Shown piece after piece: positions 44,913 through 56,237 of a stretch of DNA of 64,000 nt; the first letter of the stretch is position 1, and each line of letters begins with the position of its first letter. The position numbers were made by a program, and so were the translations under genes. The notes under the pieces were generated by a model. It did no database searches. It was not told the DNA's origin and saw nothing but the letters and a program-made list of their open reading frames with translations. The DNA lies in the NCBI GenBank assembly GCA_964485795.1, contig CAZAJQ010000005.1, positions 4,678 through 68,677 of the forward strand. Direction: 5' to 3'. This DNA comes from an uncultured Gammaproteobacteria bacterium (GTDB lineage Bacteria; Patescibacteriota; Patescibacteriia; VMEV01; CAZAJQ01).

Positions 44913-47513
44913 TTACACTTCCTTGTCTCTCTTCATCTTTTCCTTCCATTCATGCATCTTCTGGAGAGCCAAAAATGGAGTCATGTGTTCGACTTCAATG
45001 CATGAAAGCTCCTCGAGGACGGGATGAGAAGCGCGAACAACCGTATTCAGCGGAAGAGGAAGCTGCCCGACGGGCATTTTTTTTTGATCGCGCTCCAATT
45101 GTTTCAGAATACTTTTCGCTCGCTCGACAACTTTTTGCGACATGCCCGCAAGCTTGGCCACTTCGACGCCATAGCTCTTATCGATGCCTCCGGGAACCAC
45201 CTTGCGCAAAAAAAGAACGCCATCCTTGTCGTTTTCTTTCACGAGTACGCAATAATTTTTCACTGCGGATAAATCGTTTGAAACCGCCATAAGCTCATGA
45301 TAATGCGTCGCAAAAAGCACACGAGCCCGAATATCGTCGTGCAAATGCTCCATCAAAGCCCAAGCGATGGCAACCCCGTCATAGGTGCTCGTACCGCGCC
45401 CCACCTCATCCAAAATGATAAAGCTTTTATGGGTCGCCTGCGCCACAATGGCGGCGGCTTCCTGCATTTCGACCATAAAAGTGGATCTTCCGGATACCAG
45501 ATTATCCGAAGCTCCCACCCTCGTGAAAATACGATCAACCGGAGCGATTTCGGCGGTCGATGCCGGAACAAAGGCTCCCATATGAGCCATTAATACTATC
45601 AAGGCGTTTTGTCGCAAAAAACTTGATTTTCCCGCCATATTCGGCCCGGTGAGCAGCATGAGCCGGCAATCGTCATCCATGAGCAAATCATTGGGTATAT
45701 AGGCTTCTTTTTGCAAAGTTTCGATGACCGGATGCCTTCCGCCGACGATTCTCAAAGGCTTCCCCTCGTCCACGATCTTTGGCCGCACATAGGATCGCTC
45801 GCGGGCAAGGCAAGCGAAATCGGAAAGGACGTCGATTTCCGCTATCACGGAAGTCGTTTTTTGCATATTTCTCAGTGAAAGAGAAATTCTTTGTATCAAT
45901 GCATCAAAGATTTTGCTTTCCAAAGCGTACATCTTTTCTTCGGCTCCCAAAATTTTTTCTTCATATGCCTTGAGCTCGGGAGTGACGAATCTTTCGGCAT
46001 TCACCAAGGTTTGCTTGCGAATATAGTCTTTGGGCACATCCTTTGCGGCCGCTTTTGAAATTTCAATATAGTATCCGAAGACTTTATTAAACTTGATTTT
46101 CAAAGTCGAAATTTTGGTTCTTTCCACTTCTCTTTTTTTCATCTCCGAAAGGTAGGCCATGCCTCCGCGAGAAATGTTTCTCAATGCATCCAGCTCGGCG
46201 TCAAACCCGTCGGCAATGGCCCCCAATGAAGGCATCAGGGCCGGTGGTTCGGAATGCAACGTTTTTTCTATCATGGAAACGACGTCTTCGTGAAGAAAAA
46301 AATTTTCCAAAAGCGTCTTGGCTCTTTCGGATACGAAATTCGAAAGCAATGCGCGAAGCTCGGGCAATATCACAAGGCTGTGTTTGAGCGCTAGGATATC
46401 TCTGGGCGAAGCCCTTCTGCTGCCGATCTTGCCCATAAGCCTTTCCATATCCGAAATCTTTCTCAGCAGATCGCATGTTTCTTTTCGAACGTCACTTTTT
46501 TGCACCCATTCCTCCACCAGATCAAGTCGAGATTCGATTTCGTTTTTTGAAAGCAGGGGATGAAGCATCCATTGACGAAGCATTCTTCCTCCCATGGCAG
46601 TGCAGGTTTTATCAAGCGTTGAAATCAAGCTTCCCTCATAAGCGCCGGTCTGCGAAGTGAACAGCAATTCCAAGTTTCGAATCGTGGTCTCGTCAAGAAT
46701 CATGCCGCGATCAAAATTCGCCAAGCGCACCTGCGTGAGATGCGGTAAAGTCGTCTTTTGAGTTTCCACCAGATAAGAAAAAAGATGTATGGCGGCCAAA
46801 AGGCCTACGGGCACTTGATTGAATCCGTATTGACCGAAATCCGCGATATGAAAATGTCGCTGAAATGTTTCTTTCGGATCCGGCCAGCTGCCCGGCGCAT
46901 AGCTCTGAAAAGGAATGTTTTTTATGATTTCAATGGCCTCCGGATGCTTGGAAAGTCCTTCGGAAACGATCATTTCCGATGGTTGCATGAGAAATATTTG
47001 ATTTTTCAGAGTTTCAAAAGCGACGGTTTCGGCGATGCAAAATTCACCGGTGCTGAAGTCGGCCCAAGCCACTCCCCATGTGTTTTTTTCTCTGAGAAGA
47101 CTGACCAAATAGTGATTTTTCTTTCGTTCAAGGATTGCCTCTGAAAAAGTGGTGCCCGGGGTGATTATCCTTGTCACGGCGCGATCGACGATACCCTTTT
47201 GACTCGGATCCGAAACCTGTTCGCATATGGCGACCTTTTTTCCGGCGGCCGTAAGCTTGCTCACATAATTTTCGGCCGCATGATGGGGAACGCCGCACAT
47301 GGGGATCTCGTGTTCGGTGCCTCGATTTCGCGAAGTGAGGGTGATATTCAATATTTTTGACGCCAGCATAGCATCATCTCCGAACATCTCATAAAAATCG
47401 CCCAAGCGAAAAAAAAGGATGGCATTCTTGTGCTTTTTTTTTATTTCAAAATATTGGGCGAGCATGGGCGTCATATGCATGTGTGGAAACTTTTTTGTAT
47501 TAAAGTCCGCCAT
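44913..47513 (-). CDS. mutS: DNA mismatch repair protein MutS
   Basis: 866 aa. Mismatch-binding N-terminus TPMLAQYFEIKKKH...FFRLGDFYEMF, Walker A GPNMAGKSSFLRQ, and an ABC-signature-like STFMVEM. Confidence 0.9.
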   Translation of the reverse strand: MADFNTKKFPHMHMTPMLAQYFEIKKKHKNAILFFRLGDFYEMFGDDAMLASKILNITLTSRNRGTEHEIPMCGVPHHAAENYVSKLTAAGKKVAICEQVSDPSQKGIVDRAVTRIITPGTTFSEAILERKKNHYLVSLLREKNTWGVAWADFSTGEFCIAETVAFETLKNQIFLMQPSEMIVSEGLSKHPEAIEIIKNIPFQSYAPGSWPDPKETFQRHFHIADFGQYGFNQVPVGLLAAIHLFSYLVETQKTTLPHLTQVRLANFDRGMILDETTIRNLELLFTSQTGAYEGSLISTLDKTCTAMGGRMLRQWMLHPLLSKNEIESRLDLVEEWVQKSDVRKETCDLLRKISDMERLMGKIGSRRASPRDILALKHSLVILPELRALLSNFVSERAKTLLENFFLHEDVVSMIEKTLHSEPPALMPSLGAIADGFDAELDALRNISRGGMAYLSEMKKREVERTKISTLKIKFNKVFGYYIEISKAAAKDVPKDYIRKQTLVNAERFVTPELKAYEEKILGAEEKMYALESKIFDALIQRISLSLRNMQKTTSVIAEIDVLSDFACLARERSYVRPKIVDEGKPLRIVGGRHPVIETLQKEAYIPNDLLMDDDCRLMLLTGPNMAGKSSFLRQNALIVLMAHMGAFVPASTAEIAPVDRIFTRVGASDNLVSGRSTFMVEMQEAAAIVAQATHKSFIILDEVGRGTSTYDGVAIAWALMEHLHDDIRARVLFATHYHELMAVSNDLSAVKNYCVLVKENDKDGVLFLRKVVPGGIDKSYGVEVAKLAGMSQKVVERAKSILKQLERDQKKMPVGQLPLPLNTVVRASHPVLEELSCIEVEHMTPFLALQKMHEWKEKMKRDKEV

Positions 47514-47639
47514 CCCATCTCTTGAGGGTAGAGAGAAAACGGCAGACAGGTCAAATGGTCATGAAAAAGCCATACTCGAAAACATTGTTCGGAAGGAAGT
47601 TTCACGCTATAATATTGCCACCTTGCATGATTTTTCGCT

Positions 47640-48656
47640 ATGCCCGTAGATGAAATCGATCAGCGCATCATCACCACTTCCCCACTGCCGAGCGATTCGG
47701 ATGCTCCCGTTTCTTTGCGTCCGCAGCTGCTCGATGACTTCATCGGACAAGAAAAAAACAAAAAACAGCTATCCATATTCATACAAGCCGCCAAGCAAAG
47801 AAAGGAACCCATAGAACATACCTTGCTCTATGGCCCCCCGGGACTCGGGAAAACCACCTTGGCGCATATTCTTGCGAAGGAAATGAACGTGAATATCCGC
47901 ATCACGGCCGGACCCGCCATCGAAAAAAGCGGAGATCTGGCGGCGATCCTCACCAATCTTTCAGCGGGTGATATCCTCTTTATCGATGAAATCCATCGTC
48001 TCAATCGCATCATCGAGGAAATTCTCTACCCGGCCATGGAAGACTATGCTCTGGACATCATCATCGGCAAAGGGCCATCGGCGCGAACGCTTCGTCTGGA
48101 TTTGCCGAAGTTCACGCTGATCGGCGCCACCACCAAGGTCAGCTCGCTTTCCGCGCCTCTTCGCGACCGATTCGGAGCCACGATTCATTTTCAATTTTAT
48201 ACCCAAGACGAAATGGAAAAAATTGTCCGTCGTTCCGCAAAAATCATGGATATCGAGCTTGAACCCGACGCGGCCAAAGAAATATCATCCCGATCAAGAC
48301 GCACTCCGCGCATCGCAAACCGCATTTTGCGTCGCATACGCGATTTCGCACAAGTCAATGGAGATGGTATAATACGGCTTAACACGGCCGAGGAAGCCCT
48401 TGACATGCTTGAAATCGACGCAAGCGGCCTTGACGCCACGGATCGAAGCATCCTTTCCATCATCATCGAAAAATACAAAGGCGGTCCGGTGGGGCTCAAT
48501 ACTTTGGCGGCCGCAACCGGCGAAGAGCAAGAAACCATCGAAGACGTTTACGAACCGTACCTGATTCAAACCGGATTCCTCGAAAGAACCCCCCGCGGCA
48601 GAATGGCCACGATGAAATCCTACCAACATTTGGGACTCACCTTTCAACCCTTATGA
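47640..48656 (+). CDS. ruvB: Holliday junction branch migration helicase RuvB
   Basis: Walker [14 protein letters not shown], Walker [11 protein letters not shown], sensor residues, and a C-terminal winged helix. Confidence 0.9.
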   Translation: MPVDEIDQRIITTSPLPSDSDAPVSLRPQLLDDFIGQEKNKKQLSIFIQAAKQRKEPIEHTLLYGPPGLGKTTLAHILAKEMNVNIRITAGPAIEKSGDLAAILTNLSAGDILFIDEIHRLNRIIEEILYPAMEDYALDIIIGKGPSARTLRLDLPKFTLIGATTKVSSLSAPLRDRFGATIHFQFYTQDEMEKIVRRSAKIMDIELEPDAAKEISSRSRRTPRIANRILRRIRDFAQVNGDGIIRLNTAEEALDMLEIDASGLDATDRSILSIIIEKYKGGPVGLNTLAAATGEEQETIEDVYEPYLIQTGFLERTPRGRMATMKSYQHLGLTFQPL

Positions 48657-48907
48657 CGACCTCCATTCTCCTCGTCCCCTATATCTTTTTTGTCGGAATC
48701 TTCGCCATTTTTTCCGGATTTTCGATATACCACATGATCAAATTTTCCTTGGTCAATAAAATGAGCTTTATCGCCACTTTTCTTTTTGTCACGATGACCA
48801 TCATCATTTTTCTGACCACATGGATATACGCAAGCACCGTTGACTGGACAAGGCCGCTTTTTGAATCCCAGCAATTCAGGTTTGACAATAAAGATTTGAG
48901 ATTCTAA
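48653..48907 (+). CDS. Small 2-TM membrane protein, hypothetical
   Basis: 84 aa; [19 protein letters not shown] and [20 protein letters not shown]. Overlaps the ruvB stop by 4 nt. Confidence 0.45.
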   Translation: MTTSILLVPYIFFVGIFAIFSGFSIYHMIKFSLVNKMSFIATFLFVTMTIIIFLTTWIYASTVDWTRPLFESQQFRFDNKDLRF

Positions 48908-48931
48908 ACGCCGTCTCACAACCGCCCCCTT

Positions 48932-49513
48932 ATGTTCAGCATTGATCAGCTCCCCAATCCTCGCGAAGACGAAAAAATCGTCCTTTTTTTACGAAGGCAT
49001 ATTTTTGTTTTCATCGTGCAATGCTGTCTTTACGGCTTTCTCGCCATTATCCCTCTGCTCCTGTATTTTTTTTGGACGCAATTCATCGGACCGCTGGACG
49101 TGGCGCCAAATTTTTATGCCGTACTCGTGCTTTCGACGAGCATATATTACCTTTTCGTCTCGGTATTTTTGTATACGGCTTTTATGGACTACTTTCTGGA
49201 CGTCTGGATACTCACGAACAATCGCATCATCAGCATCGAACAAAAAGGACTTTTCTCAAGATTCATAGCCGAGCATGACCTCGATGTGGTGCAGGACGTA
49301 TCCGTGGAAATGCAAGGCATTCTTCCCACATTTTTGAAATACGGCGATATCCATATTCAGACCGCCGGCGCCACCCAGTATTTTATTTTTAAAGAAATTC
49401 CCTATCCGTTTGACGTATCCTCGACCGTCGGACGCGTGGTCAAGGAGTACAAAGAGAAAGTCCGCGGCATAACAAAAAAACCCGAGAGACTGGATGGCAC
49501 GGGTTTGCAATAA
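48932..49513 (+). CDS. bPH_2 (YdbT/DUF304-like) membrane-flanked PH-domain protein
   Basis: Two N-terminal TM helices followed by ...RIISIEQKGLFSRFIAEHDLDVVQDVSVEMQGILPTFLKYGDIHIQTAGA (bacterial PH fold pattern). Confidence 0.55.
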   Translation: MFSIDQLPNPREDEKIVLFLRRHIFVFIVQCCLYGFLAIIPLLLYFFWTQFIGPLDVAPNFYAVLVLSTSIYYLFVSVFLYTAFMDYFLDVWILTNNRIISIEQKGLFSRFIAEHDLDVVQDVSVEMQGILPTFLKYGDIHIQTAGATQYFIFKEIPYPFDVSSTVGRVVKEYKEKVRGITKKPERLDGTGLQ

Positions 49514-49532
49514 ACAGGAAAAAATCAAAAAA

Positions 49533-49562
49533 CAAAAAAACAGAGAACACTCTGTTTTTTAT
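49533..49562. terminator. Bidirectional intrinsic terminator between convergent genes
   Basis: aaaaaaa-cagagaacactctg-tttttt. Confidence 0.6.
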
Positions 49563-49603
49563 TATTCATCATAAAAACGAACCCAAAACGCCGTTTCAAT
49601 ATC

Positions 49604-52366
49604 CTATAAACGTATCATCGCCAGATCTCCCCAATTTTTCCCGACTTTGGGCTCCACGATCAGAGGCACGCGAAGCTTGTACACGTTTTCCATGATATGT
49701 TTCATCAGCGCCGCCACCGGAAGAATCTTGTCTTCCCGTACTTCAAAAACCAATTCATCGTGCACCTGAAGAAGCATGAAAAAATCGTCTTTTTCAATAC
49801 CTTCGGAATGCTTCATCCCCATCTGATATTCATGGATCGCAATCATGGCCATTTTTATGATGTCGGCATTCAATCCCTGAATCGGCATATTGATGGCCAT
49901 TCTTTCGGCCGCGGCGCGTATCATCGGCACTCCGGAGTCTATTTCCGGCAAATAACGAATGCGTCCCATTTCGGTCTTTATATACTTATGCTGATGCGCA
50001 AATTCCTTGGCCGCCTCCATATAGAGCGCCACCCGACTGTAAAGCTCAAAATACTTCTTGATGAATTGCTGCGCTTCCTGCCTCGCGATACCCGTGCGCT
50101 GCGCAAGCGATGTGGCGCCCATGCCGTAAATGACTCCGAAATTCACTTCTTTTGCGTTTGATCGCATCTCTTTTGTCACCTCGCCCGCGGCAACCCCAAA
50201 AATCTTGGCGGCCGTGGTGACATGTATGTCCCCGCCCTTCTCGTAAACCTCCATCATATTCTGATCCTGGGATATCGAGGCCACGATGCGAAGCTCGATC
50301 TGGGAATAGTCGGCGGACAGGACCCGGTATCCGGGTCTTGCGCAAAAAGCCTTTCGCACCTCGCGACCCAAGGCGGTTCTTATCGGGATATTCTGCAGAT
50401 TCGGATTGGACGATGAAAGCCTGCCCGTGGCGGCGACGGTTTGATTGAAACTCGTATGGACTCGATGCGTCACCGGATTGATAAGCCTTGGTAAGGCGAT
50501 GATATAGGTGGAAAGCAGCTTCGCCAGCTCTCTGGCTTCAAAAATGGGTTCGATGATTGGATGCCTGCCCTGCAGCTTATCCAGCTCGCTTGCGGCCGTG
50601 GAAAGCCCGGTTTTTATTTTTTTTATGCCCTTGTCCGAAATTTTCAGCCGATCAAAAAGCACTTCCTTGAGTTGCTGCGGGGAATGAATGTTGAAATCCT
50701 GCCCGGCCATCTCATGAATCTTTTTTTCCACTTCGGCAAGTCTTTCTTCCGCTTTTTTTCGGAGCATCTCCAAAACCTGCACGTCGAGCATGATGCCCCG
50801 TTTTTCCATGGAAAAAAGAACGGGTATGAGCGGAATCTCAAGGTTTTGAAAAAAATCGTAGAGTTTTTTTTCTTTCAAATCCGCGGAGAGTACGGAAAAT
50901 ATTTGTGAAATCACAAGAACCCTTTCCGCACCTGCCGCCATGCGTTCTTTCTCGTCTGAAACATCTTCAAAGATCGTTTCCGCTTCCATGATATCCCGCT
51001 TGGTCAAGCTCAATCCCAAAGACTTGAGCGTATGATTTCGACTGCCGGGGTTGAGAAGATACGAAGCGATCATGGTATCAAAATACGGTTTGCAAGGCAT
51101 TATTTTGCTTCCATCCAAAAAAGCCATCTGGCGCTTCATATCATGGCTCACTTTCAGAATATCCTGATCGTAAAATATTTCTCCGAAAAAAGTCATCCGT
51201 TCTTTTTTTATCATCACACTTTCATCCGAAACTCTCAGCGTCATACCCGATACTTCGGCTAAAAAGTCGGGAATGCCGCTCGCCGATATTTCAAAAAACA
51301 TTTTTCCTTCTTTCTTGATGCTTGAAATGATCGCTTTCAAATCTTTTTCATCGGAAATGACCCGGATCGGCGCTTCGTCCTTTTTTTGTGTGTGGTCAAT
51401 GTGAACGAAAAGGTCTCCTTGAGCGATGACGTTTTTTATGGACGGCTTTTTGGTTTCCGGCTCTGAAAGCGACGATGGGATCTTGTCCATCAAGGTGAGA
51501 AACTGATACTCGGAAAAAAGATCCACCAACGCTTTTTTGTCAAAATCACCGAATCGGCATGCTTCGATGTCAAAATCCAAAGGAACCCCTCGATCCATGG
51601 AAACGAGCTTCCGAGCCAAAAAGGCTTCATCCTTGTGTTTTTTCAAAAGTTCAAGGAATCGGGGTTTGATCACCGAAAGCACTGATGATTCGTCTCTTTC
51701 AACGGCTTCATAGAGGGCAGCCAAAGAACCGAAATGCGAAATGAGCTTGATGGCCGTCTTTTCTCCGATACCCGGAACGCCCGGGATATTGTCCGAAGGA
51801 TCTCCTTTGAGAGCTTTGAAATCGATGAGCTGTTCCGGCTTGAGGCCGTAACGCTCCATGACCTTGGCAATATCGTAAATCACGGTGTCGGAAATCCCTT
51901 TTCTCATGGTATACACTCTTGTCGAGTCATCCACGAGCTGCAATGCGTCCAGATCGCCGGTGAGAATCAAGCATTGCATTTCACGCTCGCGAACTGCTCG
52001 ATGTGAAACCAAAGTGCCGATAATATCATCCGCTTCGTATCCGGCCTTATCAAACGTTGGAACCTTGAGAGCTTTCAAAACTTTATAAATATAGGGTATC
52101 TGCTCATAGAGTTCATCGGGCTGTTTTTCGCGACCGGCTTTGTAGGCTTCGTATTCATCATGACGAAACGTCTTTTCCGCTCGGTCAAAAGCGGCGACAA
52201 TATGGGTGGGTCTCAATTCCCTGATAACCCGAAAAAGGATGAGCAAAAAACCATACACGGCATTGACCACCACCCCATCCTTGGTGGTCAATGGCGGCAA
52301 GGCATGCCATGCTCGGTGCAAAAGGGCATTGCCGTCGATCACGACCAGCACTTCTTTTTTCTTCAT
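49604..52366 (-). CDS. polA: DNA polymerase I
   Basis: 5'-3' exonuclease N-terminus (VIDGNALLHRAWHA), polymerase motifs A (LSADYSQIELRIVA), B (RSNAKEVNFGVIYG) and C (QVHDELVFEV). Start at the ATG at 52366 (MKKKEV). Confidence 0.9.
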   Translation of the reverse strand: MKKKEVLVVIDGNALLHRAWHALPPLTTKDGVVVNAVYGFLLILFRVIRELRPTHIVAAFDRAEKTFRHDEYEAYKAGREKQPDELYEQIPYIYKVLKALKVPTFDKAGYEADDIIGTLVSHRAVREREMQCLILTGDLDALQLVDDSTRVYTMRKGISDTVIYDIAKVMERYGLKPEQLIDFKALKGDPSDNIPGVPGIGEKTAIKLISHFGSLAALYEAVERDESSVLSVIKPRFLELLKKHKDEAFLARKLVSMDRGVPLDFDIEACRFGDFDKKALVDLFSEYQFLTLMDKIPSSLSEPETKKPSIKNVIAQGDLFVHIDHTQKKDEAPIRVISDEKDLKAIISSIKKEGKMFFEISASGIPDFLAEVSGMTLRVSDESVMIKKERMTFFGEIFYDQDILKVSHDMKRQMAFLDGSKIMPCKPYFDTMIASYLLNPGSRNHTLKSLGLSLTKRDIMEAETIFEDVSDEKERMAAGAERVLVISQIFSVLSADLKEKKLYDFFQNLEIPLIPVLFSMEKRGIMLDVQVLEMLRKKAEERLAEVEKKIHEMAGQDFNIHSPQQLKEVLFDRLKISDKGIKKIKTGLSTAASELDKLQGRHPIIEPIFEARELAKLLSTYIIALPRLINPVTHRVHTSFNQTVAATGRLSSSNPNLQNIPIRTALGREVRKAFCARPGYRVLSADYSQIELRIVASISQDQNMMEVYEKGGDIHVTTAAKIFGVAAGEVTKEMRSNAKEVNFGVIYGMGATSLAQRTGIARQEAQQFIKKYFELYSRVALYMEAAKEFAHQHKYIKTEMGRIRYLPEIDSGVPMIRAAAERMAINMPIQGLNADIIKMAMIAIHEYQMGMKHSEGIEKDDFFMLLQVHDELVFEVREDKILPVAALMKHIMENVYKLRVPLIVEPKVGKNWGDLAMIRL

Positions 52367-52602
52367 ATCAAAAATCAATGTCATCGGCTTTCAAAGAGAA
52401 AAAGGCCAATAATGAATAAAATCATTCGTATTGTAGCATGGGAAGACCGACGACGATAGAAGAGACGCTGCTTTCGTTTTCGACGATATCCTCCATCCAT
52501 ATTCACGGATCAAAACGCGATCCGCCCTCGATGAAAAACAAAAACACCCGCCATAATGACGGATGTTTTTGAAAAAGTCGAGGTTATTACGAATTGATGA
52601 TC

Positions 52603-53145
52603 TTATTTTACGACTTGGACGCGAACTCTTTTTCTCCCATAGGCCAAAGCATCGCTTTTATCTCCCATCCAGACGTCAATCACCTTGTGATAACGTCTAT
52701 TCATGCGATCTTCCACGATAAAAACCTGATCACCGAAAATATCGGGAAAACGGACCTTGGTTCCGAGAGGAAAATAATTGGAAGCCACGACACCGAAGCG
52801 AGTAAAAGTACCCGCAGCCGTAATATACGGACTTCCATCGGTTTGATTTGGAAGCGAGTTATAGGCGCTGGATTCCATGATATGCTGCCCCATCACACGA
52901 TACTCTCTTTCAAGAAACGCGGGTCTATCGCGTTTCGTGATCGGCGCATAAGCCGGCAAAATCAAACTTCTGCGCTTTTCCATCGATTGCCGTGATACCA
53001 ATCCCATACCGGATTCATTCACCTGCGAAGCCGCATAGACGAGCTGCCGCGGTGAAAAAAGCTCAAAAGCGATCACCGAAAGCACGGCTGACATTCGAAG
53101 AGTTTTTTGAAAACGTGAAAGGATATGACCGATGAGATATATCAT
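52603..53145 (-). CDS. 3D-domain protein (MltA/YuiC-like double-psi beta-barrel; probable peptidoglycan-active)
   Basis: Signal-like N-terminus. C-terminal NYFPLGTKVRFPDIFGDQVFIVEDRMNRRYHKVIDVWM with three conserved Asp, typical of the 3D domain. Confidence 0.5.
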   Translation of the reverse strand: MIYLIGHILSRFQKTLRMSAVLSVIAFELFSPRQLVYAASQVNESGMGLVSRQSMEKRRSLILPAYAPITKRDRPAFLEREYRVMGQHIMESSAYNSLPNQTDGSPYITAAGTFTRFGVVASNYFPLGTKVRFPDIFGDQVFIVEDRMNRRYHKVIDVWMGDKSDALAYGRKRVRVQVVK

Positions 53146-53271
53146 AGATGTGATATAAATAAAAAATCCGCATGATTTGCGAACTTTTTAATATATCACA
53201 AATTGATAATTTTGTCAATACATTCGACAATATTTTGGCTCTATGAAGCGAAAAAAATACAAACTTTCATC

Positions 53272-54411
53272 TTATAAACTTCTTTTCAATATCCTTGCCA
53301 CCACCTCCTCGCTCGCATGCGGCTTTGCGATGCCGGACGCTTTTTGACTCATATCCATGAGAATATCGGGATGATCAAGCATATACTGGAGTTTGAATTG
53401 AAGCTGCACTTCATCATAGGCTTCATAGCCGATTCCCTGTTCTTGAACAAAATCCGTATTGATTTCCTCTTGCCCGGGAACGGGGGCGATGATGAGCAAA
53501 GGTTTGCCCAATACCATGCATTCCGTAACCGTCAGCCCCCCCGCCTTGCTCACCACGATGTCAGCCGCTTTCATGTACTCGTGGATATTGTCGACAAATC
53601 CCAAAACTTTTTTTGTCACGAATTTCGGGAAACGTTTTTTTTGCAATCGTCGTCTGAGGGCGTCGTTTTTGCCGGTGATGATCGCCATGTGGCAGCTTCG
53701 TTTCATCGAGAGTATCGCATCAATGATTTTTGGCAATCTCCCCACTCCAAGTCCGCCGCTGAGAATCAAAAGCGCTGCCTTGTCCCCGTCAAAACCCAAT
53801 TCACGCCGTATCGTTTGTTGCGTTTTTCCCAGCGTCAAAAATTTTCTCCGCACCGGTATGCCGGTGACGAAAACCTTGCTTTCATCGACTTTCATCTTAT
53901 GCACGAGCGACCACTTCGCCAAATCGGACGCGACAAAATACGAATGAATGTGTGGGCGCACCCACAACGCATGAATGTCATAATCCGTGATCACCACGGA
54001 ATGCGGAATGCTGCGGATGAAACGGCTTGTGAACGTCTGCAAAACGCCCGTGGAAAAAAAATGCGTAGAAATGATATGATCAGGCGCGAACTCTTTGATC
54101 ATGCGGAGCAATTTTTGGGAATTGAGACGATCAAGAAAAGAAACGACCTTTTTCCTGATGCTGTCCTCTTCTTTTTTATCGAGAAATCCGTACAGCTGTC
54201 CCCAAATCTTTGGAGCGTAGTGGATCAAGGACGCATAGCCTCCGGTATAAACGTCTTTATACAGAATATTCGTATAATCCAAAACATCCACATTGCGCAC
54301 CTCGCTTTTGGGGCTTTGTCTTCGGAATTCTTCTTCGAGCGCGGCCGCCACCGAAACATGCCCGGATCCGGCCGATACCGATAAAATAAGTATGCGTTTT
54401 TTTTCATTCAT
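53272..54411 (-). CDS. GT28-family glycosyltransferase, MGDG synthase/UgtP-like (glycolipid synthesis)
   Basis: N-terminal MGDG_synth pattern RILILSVSAGSGHVSVAAALEEEF. C-terminal GT-B domain with GKPLLIIAPVPGQEE. Start set at the ATG at 54411. Confidence 0.7.
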   Translation of the reverse strand: MNEKKRILILSVSAGSGHVSVAAALEEEFRRQSPKSEVRNVDVLDYTNILYKDVYTGGYASLIHYAPKIWGQLYGFLDKKEEDSIRKKVVSFLDRLNSQKLLRMIKEFAPDHIISTHFFSTGVLQTFTSRFIRSIPHSVVITDYDIHALWVRPHIHSYFVASDLAKWSLVHKMKVDESKVFVTGIPVRRKFLTLGKTQQTIRRELGFDGDKAALLILSGGLGVGRLPKIIDAILSMKRSCHMAIITGKNDALRRRLQKKRFPKFVTKKVLGFVDNIHEYMKAADIVVSKAGGLTVTECMVLGKPLLIIAPVPGQEEINTDFVQEQGIGYEAYDEVQLQFKLQYMLDHPDILMDMSQKASGIAKPHASEEVVARILKRSL

Positions 54412-54560
54412 AGGAAAAGTATTATGTGCTTCTCCAAAGAGTGGAAGAATGGTACGGCTGCCGTAGCTTCTCTTTGATATTCCGAAGTATAGCATTTTGC
54501 ATGAATGGTTTGACAAATATTTCTGACTCTCACATTATGACTTCAAGCATTTGATCCTTT

Positions 54561-55481
54561 ATGAATAAAACTTTATTTTTTTTCCTCCTCTCTTCAGCCG
54601 TCGTCATCGCTGTCATTCTCGTATTGATCCCTCGGGATAACCCTCGGGACAATGCTCAAAAAAGATCCGATACCCCAAAAATCCAAATCGTCACAACGAT
54701 ATATCCTTTGGAATTTTTGGCCAAGAGCATAGGGGGAGATCATGTCGAGGTGAAAAATCTCACCGCCCAAGGAGGCGAGCCGCACGATTTTGAGGCTACG
54801 CCTCAAGACGCCATCACGCTTCAAAACGCGGATATGATCATCACCCTCGGTTACGGTATAGACGCATGGATACGCTTGCTCATTGAAGGTATTGATGCGA
54901 ACAAACTTCTCATCATTCAGGATCATCCCCGACCGTTTTTGGATCAAACGGATCCTCATTTCTGGATGCATCCCATCTTTTTGGGAAAAGTCGGAGGAAT
55001 CATCGAAGATTCATTGTCCAAAATCGATCAAAGACACGCGATGGACTATAAAAAAAATTTTGAAGATCTCGTATATAAACTCTCCGAATTTACAATGCTT
55101 GCCGAGCCTCATATTCCCCTCAAATGCGAAAATAAGACCATTATCGTAACCCATGACGCATTCGCTTACTTGGGGAGACTTTTCGGTTTTACCACCCTGC
55201 CGATCGCCTCTATCCATGACGAAGAACCAAGCGCCGGAAGAATCGCGGAAATTATCGAATTTGCAAAAAAGAACGGGATAAAAAAAGTATTCAGCGAATC
55301 CACCATTGATACAAGACTCGCCGATACCGTGGCGCAAGCCGTCGGCGGCGCAGTTCTTATCCTGCATCCGTTGGAGGCGCTCTCCGAGAAAGAGAGGGAA
55401 AACGGCGAGGACTATTTTTCCATCATGAAAAAAAATCTTATCAATATTGAGTTGGCATTCCAAGATTGCACGAGGATATGA
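54561..55481 (+). CDS. znuA: Metal (Zn/Mn) ABC transporter substrate-binding protein, TroA/ZnuA family
   Basis: Signal/TM N-terminus. Metal-ligand His/Asp/Glu pattern (GEPHDFEATP, FWMHP). Confidence 0.75.
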   Translation: MNKTLFFFLLSSAVVIAVILVLIPRDNPRDNAQKRSDTPKIQIVTTIYPLEFLAKSIGGDHVEVKNLTAQGGEPHDFEATPQDAITLQNADMIITLGYGIDAWIRLLIEGIDANKLLIIQDHPRPFLDQTDPHFWMHPIFLGKVGGIIEDSLSKIDQRHAMDYKKNFEDLVYKLSEFTMLAEPHIPLKCENKTIIVTHDAFAYLGRLFGFTTLPIASIHDEEPSAGRIAEIIEFAKKNGIKKVFSESTIDTRLADTVAQAVGGAVLILHPLEALSEKERENGEDYFSIMKKNLINIELAFQDCTRI

Positions 55482-56236
55482 TTCAAACGCATGCGAATAT
55501 CAATTTTGAACTCCGTGACGTGTCTTTTCGTTATGAAAAGGAGCTGATTCTCGAGGATATTTCATTTTCCATCAAACAAGGAGACTATGTGGGCATCATC
55601 GGACCAAACGGTTCGGGAAAAACGACGTTGCTCAAAATATTGCTCGGTATTCTTCAGCCGGTAAAGGGCGAGCTCAAAATCTTCGGAGAAATGAAGCCCG
55701 ATCGGTTTCAAAGAAGCGGTATCGGCTATGTTCCGCAAAGGGCGTTTCAAACCGATTTTCCTTTTCCGGCAAATATCCATGAGATTGTCGCAAACGGACT
55801 TTTTCCCAAAAAAAAATTTGGACTTCTTTCGTCGGACGATAAAAAACGGATTCAAGACACCATGGAGATGACCGGACTCTGGAATATTCGAAGCGCAATG
55901 TTTCAAACCCTTTCCGGAGGACAAAAACAAAAAGTATACATGGCGCAAGCTCTTATCTCGAAGCCCAAAATTCTGATACTCGATGAACCGAGCACGGGAG
56001 TGGATATCAGTGCCGAACACACTTTTTTCAGATTCATCAAAACGCTCAACGAACAAAAAAACATCACGGTCATGCTCGTTTCGCATGATCTCGACATCAT
56101 TACCAACGAAGTGAAGTACGTGATTTGCCTCAATCGCAAGCTTATGTGCCATACGCCGGTCAAAGAGTTCGTGTCCGGACACTATATCGAAAAACTCTAC
56201 GGCCAAGGAACAAAATTCGTAAAACATCGTCACTGA
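55466..56236 (+). CDS. znuC: Metal ABC transporter ATP-binding protein
   Basis: Walker A GPNGSGKTTLLK, signature LSGGQKQKV, Walker B ILILDEP. Confidence 0.85.
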   Translation: MHEDMIQTHANINFELRDVSFRYEKELILEDISFSIKQGDYVGIIGPNGSGKTTLLKILLGILQPVKGELKIFGEMKPDRFQRSGIGYVPQRAFQTDFPFPANIHEIVANGLFPKKKFGLLSSDDKKRIQDTMEMTGLWNIRSAMFQTLSGGQKQKVYMAQALISKPKILILDEPSTGVDISAEHTFFRFIKTLNEQKNITVMLVSHDLDIITNEVKYVICLNRKLMCHTPVKEFVSGHYIEKLYGQGTKFVKHRH

Positions 56237-56237
56237 T